DNA from: Candidatus Moanibacter sp.
Lineage (GTDB): Bacteria > Verrucomicrobiota > Verrucomicrobiia > Opitutales > UBA2987
Reading direction: 5' to 3'
NCBI GenBank assembly: GCA_965215885.1
Contig: CBDCEW010000050.1
Coordinates: forward strand, 1-14,444
Length of the DNA stretch: 14,444 nt
Made by a program: the position numbers and the translations under genes. Positions within the stretch are counted from its first letter, which is position 1. Every line of letters starts with the position of its first letter. Below the pieces are notes generated by a model. That model made no database searches. It was not told the origin of the DNA and saw nothing but the letters and a program-made list of their open reading frames with translations. Shown here in pieces: positions 1 through 6,287 of this stretch.

Positions 1-1
1 T

Positions 2-298
2 CGCCGCCCTTTCGACGAACTGCGGCAGGCTTATCCGGTCCTGGCCGAACGCGCGCCATCCGCTATTTCTCACGCTCTCGCCGGATTTGCAAGCGACGCC
101 ATAGGCACAGTTGTCATCAAAATCAAGGGAGTGGATGATCTCGATCCCCTACAACGGGCGTTGAGTGAAAAACCGTGGAGGAGGGTTTATTTGCTCGTGA
201 CCGAAGATCCGGTTCAACCTCCCGGTTACCAACTCTGTGTCGGCACCCAATGCCTCGAACCCACCGAGGACTCGGACGAACTTATAAGCAGAATATAG
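2..298 (+). CDS. 3' end (partial) of a thioredoxin-domain / YyaL (SSP411)-like protein
   Basis: Not in the ORF track because it is 5'-truncated. Frame 2 is open from the window edge to TAG at 296-298 and ends ...PPGYQLCVGTQCLEPTEDSDELISRI*. This matches the C-terminal Y-x-x-C-x4-C-x2-P-x6-L pattern of YyaL/SSP411 proteins. Confidence 0.7.
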   Translation, partial: RRPFDELRQAYPVLAERAPSAISHALAGFASDAIGTVVIKIKGVDDLDPLQRALSEKPWRRVYLLVTEDPVQPPGYQLCVGTQCLEPTEDSDELISRI

Positions 299-370
299 CT
301 TCGGCGGCGCTCCGGTGCCAGGATTTCTTCCCCTGCCCGTTCATCTCCCCCCCCCATTGTTCCTGAGATC

Positions 371-411
371 GGGTCTATGTTCGTATTTCGGCGAAATACG
401 AACATAGACCC
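371..411. repeat. Perfect 20-bp inverted repeat with 1-nt spacer
   Basis: gggtctatgttcgtatttcg (371-390), g, cgaaatacgaacatagaccc (392-411) are exact reverse complements. Confidence 0.95.
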
Positions 412-454
412 AGTGATCAGTCTGGAATTGCCAAGATTCATTTTTTTACCCTAC

Positions 455-497
455 GGAAGCCTATCGAAATTCCGTGGTACCAAAGTCCGGCAGATTC
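455..497. repeat. Degenerate copy of the CTGTCGGAC inverted-repeat family
   Basis: 483-497 aagtccggcagattc differs by 1 nt from the right arm aagtccgacagattc (12582-12596). A decayed left arm ggaagcctatcgaaatt lies at 455-471. Confidence 0.5.
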
Positions 498-629
498 AAT
501 GCGAAAAAAGGGTTGATCGAGGTATATTGGGGCTATAAGAATCTCTCCTCTTTCCCACCTATGGGCATAGGGCATGTTGGGGAAGCTTCACGACAAAAAT
601 TGCTCAAAAATTAAAACAAGGAAAATGAG

Positions 630-1070
630 ATGGCTAAGATTATTCCAATGATAAGCTCAGGAACCGCAGGCCCGTTGGGCGTCCGTCACCTTCCCAGACT
701 ATGGTTGAAGGTGTCGCTCGATATTACCGGTCAACTGCACGACGACTATCCTGCCATCGGTGCCGGATTTGACCAGATGGTCCTCGACGGTATCGGCATC
801 GATAAAGATGCATTCATCGCTTACATGAATGAAAATAAACCCTCCTATTGCCAACTGGAAGGCTGGATTCTGGAGCAGAAAGGGGGTTCGCTCGATGCGG
901 CAGCAGTCAGCGAGTTAAACGCAGCCATCACAGGCTACATTCATGATGACGGCACCCGCGCCGAGATTCTCGGTGTCGCGGGCCGTAGTGATGATGGTTC
1001 GGTAAAGGATGCCGTCAAACTCAACAGCCTCGATGATTGGGCCGCGTTTCATAAGGAAAACATAGCCTGA
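630..1070 (+). CDS. DUF5069-like protein of unknown function (146 aa)
   Basis: Clean ORF with aagga RBS upstream and a terminator downstream. The N-terminal GPLGVxHLPRLWxK motif, Y-P-x-x-G-x-G-F-D segment and C-terminal DD pattern resemble DUF5069 proteins. Confidence 0.75.
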   Translation: MAKIIPMISSGTAGPLGVRHLPRLWLKVSLDITGQLHDDYPAIGAGFDQMVLDGIGIDKDAFIAYMNENKPSYCQLEGWILEQKGGSLDAAAVSELNAAITGYIHDDGTRAEILGVAGRSDDGSVKDAVKLNSLDDWAAFHKENIA

Positions 1071-1093
1071 GATTTGGATCTGGAAGTGACTTT

Positions 1094-1129
1094 AACCCGG
1101 TTTCCTCCCTTGGGAAACCGGGTTTTTTT
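1094..1129 (+). terminator. Rho-independent terminator
   Basis: 12-bp stem aacccggtttcc (1094-1105) / ggaaaccgggtt (1113-1124), 7-nt loop, T7 run at 1123-1129, 23 nt after the DUF5069 stop. Confidence 0.9.
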
Positions 1130-1338
1130 CGCCGCCGCAGGGTCCATCCGGGGCTGTCCGCTCCAGATTCCTGAATACGCATAAATCCGTGTAAGCCGAA
1201 GCGGTGAAACAAGTGGGCTAATGATGTTGGAGCACCAAGAGAATACCGAGCTATACTTGCGTATCTAATCACAATTCTATTCCGTTATAAGAGTAAGACC
1301 AGACCTGGGAGCCTTATAGTTCCTGGAAGCAAAAAAAT

Positions 1339-1373
1339 GAATCTGTCGGACCCTAAGTCTGACAGGTTCCTAA
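1339..1373. repeat. Minimal hairpin copy of the CTGTCGGAC inverted-repeat family
   Basis: gaatctgtcggac (1339-1351) / gtctgacaggttc (1357-1369) followed by ctaa. It looks like the two arms of the 4700-4799 element with the interior removed. Confidence 0.8.
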
Positions 1374-1382
1374 GGGGATATA

Positions 1383-3233
1383 TTGGCAGTGAGATATCGA
1401 GAAATCCACTCGGCTTACAGTTGGCGACTTAAGAACGACCCGGAGGCCCTGTGGCCGCTCATATCAGATACTAATCGTTTTAACCAGGATGCGGGTCTTC
1501 CGTCCATGATCACCGACGGAATGGATCCCGAAGAACCCAACGTGCGGCTCATGCATCAACGATATTGCGGACTAACGATACGCTGGCGAGAGTTTCCCTT
1601 CGACTGGATAAGACCCAATCGCTTCGGAGTAGCGAGGAAATATCTCAATGGTCCTATAGAAAGCCTTCGCATGCTGGCATACTTGGAGCCGATACCGTCC
1701 GGCGGCACCCACTTTCAATATGATGTGTGGATCCTGCCGAGAAACATTCTCGGATGGCTAATGACAATGCTGTATTCAGGCCTCATCAACCGAAGAAACT
1801 TCGAACGCATCTTTCTCCGTTACGACAATCTGTTAACGGATGAGAGAGGTAAGTTTCCCCTTCCCATCACCTCATCCAAAGCAGTCTCGAGAAGGCAATC
1901 CCGTCGCATCCTTGAAATTGGGAATACATTGGAAGGGATCCAGGGACTGCCCTCCCATCTGGTAAGGCGTTTAACCGACTTGGTTGCCAAGGCCGATGAC
2001 TTTACCCTGATCCGCATCCGCCCCTACGCGATAGCAGACGTCTGGAATGCTTCTCGCTCCATCATTCTTGAGCTCTTCCTTCACGCAACTCGTCAGGGAC
2101 TGCTCAAGTTCAGTTGGGAAGTCCTCTGCCCCTTGTGCCGCGGGGCAAAAGAAAAAGCAAGCCGCCTCGAAGTGCTGAAAACCGATGTCCATTGTGACTC
2201 CTGCAATATCAGCTTTCGAGCGAATTTTGACCAATCGGTTGAACTGGTCTTTTCTCCCAATCCCGCCGTACACAATCTCGAATTTCATGAATTCTGTGTC
2301 GGAGGCCCTCAGGTTACTCCACATATCATTGCGAAGAAAACGGTTGGAAGCGGAGAGTCCTACCTGTGGCAACTCCAAATTGAACCGGGTCGATACCGGC
2401 TCCGAGTCGAACAAAAGTTGGGCGGGTTGCTCATAGGCGCCAGCAGCCAGGGTCAGGCCTCTATCGAGATCGTCCACTCTTCCGATCCGTGGCCTGAAGG
2501 GGAAGTTACCCTGCATCCCACCTGTGAGATTACTCTCCGTAATTCCACCGAATTTAACGAACTCTTCCTCCTTGAAAGGATGGTTTGGATGGATGACGCC
2601 GTGACTGCGGCCGAAGTAACGGCCAGGCAGACTTTCCGCGATCTTTTTTCGAGTGAAGCGCTGCGCCAGGGAGAACAGATATCGGTGGGCACGCTGATGC
2701 TTGCCTTCACCGATCTGAGAGGTTCAACTCGCCTCTATGAAGATATCGGAGACGCTCCTGCCTTCGGCCTCGTGATGAGCCACTTTGATGTCCTCAAGGC
2801 ATGCGTTCGAAAATACGAAGGCGCCCTAATAAAGACGATGGGCGACGCTATTATGGCCGCATTTATCGAACCGGTTAACGCTCTAAAGGCTCTCCTCGAA
2901 GCCCAACGGAAACTCGCCCAAGAATCCGGCCACCGTCGTCCCCTTGCTCTTAAAGTGGGTATCAACACCGGCCCGTGCATAGCCATCACGCAGGACGAAC
3001 GGCTCGACTACTTTGGGACAACGGTTAACCTTACCGCAAGGCTTGAATGCCTGTCACAGGGTGACGACATCGTCGTTTCGGCATCCTTTGCCAAGGACCC
3101 GGCGATCGAAAGCTACCTGCAAGAGAACAAGGAGAAATTTCACATTGAACGCGACTCTTCACGGGTAAAGGGTATAACAGGCGGCCCCGTCGCTTTTCTC
3201 CGAATAAAGCAACCTTTACCGACAGGTTGCTAG
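1383..3233 (+). CDS. Soluble class III adenylate/guanylate cyclase with N-terminal SRPBCC-like domain and DUF5939-like region containing a Cys4 zinc ribbon
   Basis: Cyclase motifs FTD444LRGST, K484TMGD488AIMAAF and D542YFGTTVN549LTAR553. CxxC pairs C249PLC252 and C271DSC274. N-terminal 'PEALWPLISDTNRFNQ' is SRPBCC-like. Start is TTG 1383 or GTG 1389, after aagggg. Confidence 0.88.
   Translation: MAVRYREIHSAYSWRLKNDPEALWPLISDTNRFNQDAGLPSMITDGMDPEEPNVRLMHQRYCGLTIRWREFPFDWIRPNRFGVARKYLNGPIESLRMLAYLEPIPSGGTHFQYDVWILPRNILGWLMTMLYSGLINRRNFERIFLRYDNLLTDERGKFPLPITSSKAVSRRQSRRILEIGNTLEGIQGLPSHLVRRLTDLVAKADDFTLIRIRPYAIADVWNASRSIILELFLHATRQGLLKFSWEVLCPLCRGAKEKASRLEVLKTDVHCDSCNISFRANFDQSVELVFSPNPAVHNLEFHEFCVGGPQVTPHIIAKKTVGSGESYLWQLQIEPGRYRLRVEQKLGGLLIGASSQGQASIEIVHSSDPWPEGEVTLHPTCEITLRNSTEFNELFLLERMVWMDDAVTAAEVTARQTFRDLFSSEALRQGEQISVGTLMLAFTDLRGSTRLYEDIGDAPAFGLVMSHFDVLKACVRKYEGALIKTMGDAIMAAFIEPVNALKALLEAQRKLAQESGHRRPLALKVGINTGPCIAITQDERLDYFGTTVNLTARLECLSQGDDIVVSASFAKDPAIESYLQENKEKFHIERDSSRVKGITGGPVAFLRIKQPLPTGC
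3219..3233. repeat. Solo right arm of the repeat family overlapping the cyclase stop codon
   Basis: ccgacaggttgctag is close to the right arm ccgagaggctgctag (5029-5043) and to the reverse complement of ctagcagcctgtcgg (4976-4990), with 1 mismatch to the latter. Confidence 0.65.
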
Positions 3234-3236
3234 TCC

Positions 3237-4637
3237 CTACTTCAACAATCGGCGCCACCGCGCGATCTGTTTACGCACTTCACGGGGCCCGGGCATTCCG
3301 GTTTGCTCACGCTTTTTAAGAGACTGCGTCGCGTCAAAGACCGACTTCCAATCGCTCCCCAGTTTCTTGTGCATCTCCCGAACCATTCCATCGTCGAGTT
3401 CGGTAAGCGCCACGCCGCGCTCTTCCGCCAGCGCGACAAGACGACCCACGCATTGATGGGCCTCCCTGAATGACACCTTCCGCTCAACGAGATAATCGAC
3501 GAGGTCGGTAGCGAGCAGCTTCGGATCGGAAACCGCCGCTCTGCAGTTATCCTCATTAAACAAAATCTCTTTCACCACGGCTGCGAGAACATCAAGACAC
3601 GATAATGTCTGATCGAAGGAGTCAAAGACGGGAGGTTTATCCTCCTGCAGGTCCCGGTTGTAAGTGAGGGGCAGCCCCTTCACGAGCGAGAGTAGCGTTT
3701 GAAGATTTCCCTGGAGTCGTGCTGCCTTGCCCCGGATCAATTCAAGCGAATCGGGATTCTTCTTCTGTGGCATGATGCTCGAGCCTGTGGAAAATGCATC
3801 AGGCAGGACGATGAATCCAAACTCGTCGCTGCTCCACAGTATGAGATCTTCCGCAACCCGGGATAAATGGGTTCCACAGAGCGCGCAGGCGCTCGCGAAC
3901 TCGATATAAAGGTCTCGGTCGGCCACGGCGTCCATGCTGTTTCGGGTCAGCTGCGGACGACCTTTTCTGTCAACAAAGCCCAATTCCACGGCCAGAAATT
4001 CCCTATCGATCGGCAAGGTTGTTCCAGCGAGGGCGCCGGACCCAAGCGGACAGACGTTTGCATTATCACGAACAGCAGAAAACCGTTCGCGATCACGCTG
4101 AAACATCTCGACATAGGCCAGGAGATGGTGCGCCGCGGATACCGGCTGCGCCCTCTGTAAATGCGTGTAGCCAGGAAGTGGGAGTCCCCGATATTTGTCC
4201 GCCTGGTCGATAAGGCCACCGAGGAGCGCTCGCAGCGCCTCCACCAATTCCGCACAACTCCACCTAAAAAACAGCCGCATATCGGTCACGACCTGGTCGT
4301 TACGGCTTCTCCCCGCGTGCAGTTTCGCCGCTGCCGGAACGCGACGCGTGAGGGCAAACTCAATATTCATATGAATGTCTTCCAGTTCCGCCTTCCATCG
4401 GAAGCGTCCGCTCTCAATCTGCACCAGGATAGCATCCAGCCCGCGATGAATCGCAGTGCGCTCCTTTGCCGTCAAAAGGCCGACCCTGCACAACATGGAG
4501 GCATGTGCTCTGCTCACCGCTACGTCGAAACAGGCAAGTCGCGCATCAAAGGAAATCGACTCACCAAACCCTACCATAAGCGAGTCCGCTCGACCCTTAA
4601 ATCGCCCGCCCCATATCGCTTGCTTACTCTTCGGCAT
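3237..4637 (-). CDS. argH: Argininosuccinate lyase
   Basis: N-terminal WGGRF, [19 protein letters not shown], signature [12 protein letters not shown] and [12 protein letters not shown] at 4637 is preferred; the ORF track uses TTG at 4649. Confidence 0.98.
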   Translation of the reverse strand: MPKSKQAIWGGRFKGRADSLMVGFGESISFDARLACFDVAVSRAHASMLCRVGLLTAKERTAIHRGLDAILVQIESGRFRWKAELEDIHMNIEFALTRRVPAAAKLHAGRSRNDQVVTDMRLFFRWSCAELVEALRALLGGLIDQADKYRGLPLPGYTHLQRAQPVSAAHHLLAYVEMFQRDRERFSAVRDNANVCPLGSGALAGTTLPIDREFLAVELGFVDRKGRPQLTRNSMDAVADRDLYIEFASACALCGTHLSRVAEDLILWSSDEFGFIVLPDAFSTGSSIMPQKKNPDSLELIRGKAARLQGNLQTLLSLVKGLPLTYNRDLQEDKPPVFDSFDQTLSCLDVLAAVVKEILFNEDNCRAAVSDPKLLATDLVDYLVERKVSFREAHQCVGRLVALAEERGVALTELDDGMVREMHKKLGSDWKSVFDATQSLKKREQTGMPGPREVRKQIARWRRLLK

Positions 4638-4699
4638 TTGGCCGCACAATCACATCCTTCTATTTTGAAGGCAAGCACTTTGGGCGTTAGAGAAGCGGG

Positions 4700-4799
4700 C
4701 TAGGAATCTGTCGGACTTAGCATTCCTAACACCTCCGTAGTGCATATTTCAAGTTGACAGCTCGACATTCCGATCCAGATGTGACCGACAGATTCCTTG
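4700..4799 (+). mobile_element. 100-bp MITE-like element, copy 1
   Basis: Terminal inverted arms ctaggaatctgtcgg (4700-4714) / ccgacagattccttg (4785-4799). Aligns without gaps to the reverse complement of 6170-6269 at 78/100 identity. Confidence 0.75.
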
Positions 4800-4800
4800 G

Positions 4801-4971
4801 AAGAAAATGAACCTGAGATTTGGGACATATTGTCATATCCATTCCTTACTCGAATACAGATCTGATGATGGTACTTTGTCGCGCGCTGGTTGATTGTGCC
4901 AAAATGGCCGATAGGGAACCCGCTGTGCAACAATTCGTACGCCTTCCCACAAATCTCAGGTTCATTTTCTT
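4801..4971. mobile_element. 171-bp MITE-like element of a second family with perfect 22-bp terminal inverted repeats
   Basis: aagaaaatgaacctgagatttg (4801-4822) / caaatctcaggttcattttctt (4950-4971) are exact reverse complements. No credible coding content inside. Confidence 0.7.
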
Positions 4972-4975
4972 GATA

Positions 4976-5043
4976 CTAGCAGCCTGTCGGAATGAAACCG
5001 AATAATTCCTCCGAAAGAGCTATAAAGTCCGAGAGGCTGCTAG
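4976..5043. mobile_element. 68-bp CTAG-bounded inverted-repeat element
   Basis: ctagcagcctgtcgga ... tccgagaggctgctag with CTAG at both ends. The right CTAG contains the stop codon of the minus-strand exbD. Confidence 0.75.
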
Positions 5044-5483
5044 TCCTCGCCCCCCAACGCAAAGTTCACATGGATGATACCTGCCACGGAACAGGCATCC
5101 ATGACTTTCACAATAGTCTGGTGCGCGACCGAATCCTCGGGCGCGATCGTTACGATTGCAATCGTCCTGTTTGCCTCACTGGTCTGCTTGTAGCGCGATA
5201 ACATGGCTGCCAGCTGATCGTAGCGTGGGGCCTTCGGACTATCGTACTGATACTCGTTTACCACCACTTCTCCTTCGCCGCGAATTTCGATTATCTGTTC
5301 ATCCGGCATATCCAAGGGCTCACTCTGCTCTACTACTCCGGGCAATTGAAAGGAGATGTCGGCCTCCTGAGGCTGGAGGGACGCCGAGACCATGAAATAA
5401 ATCAGCATGAGGAAGACGCAGTCGATCATTGGCGCGATCGGCATCTGCGGCTTCAGTGTATCCTTTCTGTCGGACCGGACCAT
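5040..5483 (-). CDS. exbD: Biopolymer transport protein ExbD/TolR family (second copy)
   Basis: TM segment PMIDCVFLMLIYFMV with the conserved Asp; C-terminal 'I.I.....V.HQ.IVKVMDAC..AGI..V.F' periplasmic domain. Confidence 0.92.
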   Translation of the reverse strand: MVRSDRKDTLKPQMPIAPMIDCVFLMLIYFMVSASLQPQEADISFQLPGVVEQSEPLDMPDEQIIEIRGEGEVVVNEYQYDSPKAPRYDQLAAMLSRYKQTSEANRTIAIVTIAPEDSVAHQTIVKVMDACSVAGIIHVNFALGGED

Positions 5484-5577
5484 TATACCAATGCGGAATC
5501 AAGAATAGAGATCGAAGAGTCTCCTCACAGTTATTTTTACCGCGCCATAATCTCCCCATTCATCCTTTTCATTTCCG

Positions 5578-5991
5578 CTACCTCTCTTGATAGGTAGCGT
5601 AGATTATCTCATAGGCGCCCGCTTCGGCACAGGCCTGAAGTACTCTCCTGATATTACCATACGAAGTCTCCTGATCGGCACGCACCAGGACTCGAAGCTC
5701 GGGCTTGTCCCGAAGGGCGTCTCCGATTCGGCGTTTCATCTCCGCCAGTTCGACCGGTTGCGCGCCGACATGGATCACTCCATCTTTATCGATTGATACC
5801 GTCCCCCGGTTAGAGAGGTCTTCCGGGACCTTGCTCTCCCCCGACAAGGGAAGATCTACAGGAGTCGTCTTGTCTGCCTGCGCCAGAGTACTTACACACA
5901 TAAAGAATACCAGGAGCAAAAATACCATGTCGATCATGGGAGCCATCTGAAATTCCTCCGCTGGTAGGGACCGCTTTCTTAGTCTCGCCAT
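5578..5991 (-). CDS. exbD: Biopolymer transport protein ExbD/TolR family (first copy)
   Basis: MAPMIDMVFLLLVFFM TM helix with conserved Asp, VDLP motif, and VLVRADQETSYG..RRVLQAC..AG. Confidence 0.93.
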   Translation of the reverse strand: MARLRKRSLPAEEFQMAPMIDMVFLLLVFFMCVSTLAQADKTTPVDLPLSGESKVPEDLSNRGTVSIDKDGVIHVGAQPVELAEMKRRIGDALRDKPELRVLVRADQETSYGNIRRVLQACAEAGAYEIIYATYQER

Positions 5992-6017
5992 GATTTATAT
6001 CCGACTCTAACCCATTT

Positions 6018-6048
6018 ATTTTACAATCTTCAGAAGCGTCGATGGCAA
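6018..6048 (-). promoter_or_regulatory. Possible sigma70-type promoter for exbD-exbD
   Basis: Minus strand TTGCCA (6048-6043), N19, TAAAAT (6023-6018), 26 nt upstream of the ATG at 5991. The spacer is longer than optimal. Confidence 0.3.
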
Positions 6049-6127
6049 AGCAATTTTTCCCTTTCCTGTTTGTTAACGACCCCTTTCCCAGTTAGTAAGA
6101 TGGACCGCATCCAGGTACTCGGCGGTA

Positions 6128-6173
6128 CTAGCAGCCTGTGGAACCTATTCGAATTCTTTTTTCAGGCTGCCAG
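6128..6173. repeat. 46-bp CTAG-bounded inverted-repeat element
   Basis: ctagcagcctg (6128-6138) / caggctgccag (6163-6173). Shares tactagcagcctgt with 4974-4987, and its terminal ccag is shared with the adjacent 100-bp element. Confidence 0.7.
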
Positions 6174-6269
6174 GAATCCGTCTGTCTCATCTGCGTCGGA
6201 TTGTCGCTCTGTCAACATGAAATCTACAACAATGACATGTTAGGAATTCTAAGCCCGACAGATTCCTCT
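6170..6269 (-). mobile_element. 100-bp MITE-like element, copy 2 (inverted relative to copy 1)
   Basis: The reverse complement (agaggaatctgtcgggcttagaattcctaaca...atttcatgttgacagagcgacaatccgacgcagatgagacagacggattcctgg) aligns gap-free to 4700-4799 with 22 mismatches. Confidence 0.75.
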
Positions 6270-6287
6270 CCTGGATAATACTGACCG

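Noticed and set aside
1066..1077. cctgagatttgg at the DUF5069 stop matches 12 nt of the 22-bp TIR at 4801-4822
   Set aside because: Single short match with no partner arm; compatible with chance.
1156..1326. Very decayed arm-like bits (gtccgctccagattcctga at 1156-1174, atacgca/tgcgtat pair, ctgggagcct...agttcctgg at 1305-1326)
   Set aside because: Too short and degenerate to call without a genome-wide model.
5467..5475. ctgtcggac core inside the start of the second exbD
   Set aside because: Only the 9-nt core, in coding sequence, with no CTAG anchor or partner arm.
5482..5490. Extended -10-like TGGTATAAT on the minus strand
   Set aside because: It overlaps the exbD ATG itself, so a transcript from it would lack the start codon; no -35 box.
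4700..6269. CRISPR array or integron attC interpretation of the repeats
   Set aside because: No regularly spaced direct repeats with unique spacers, no cas or intI gene, and no RYYYAAC...GTTRRRY attC ends. The units are dispersed inverted repeats.
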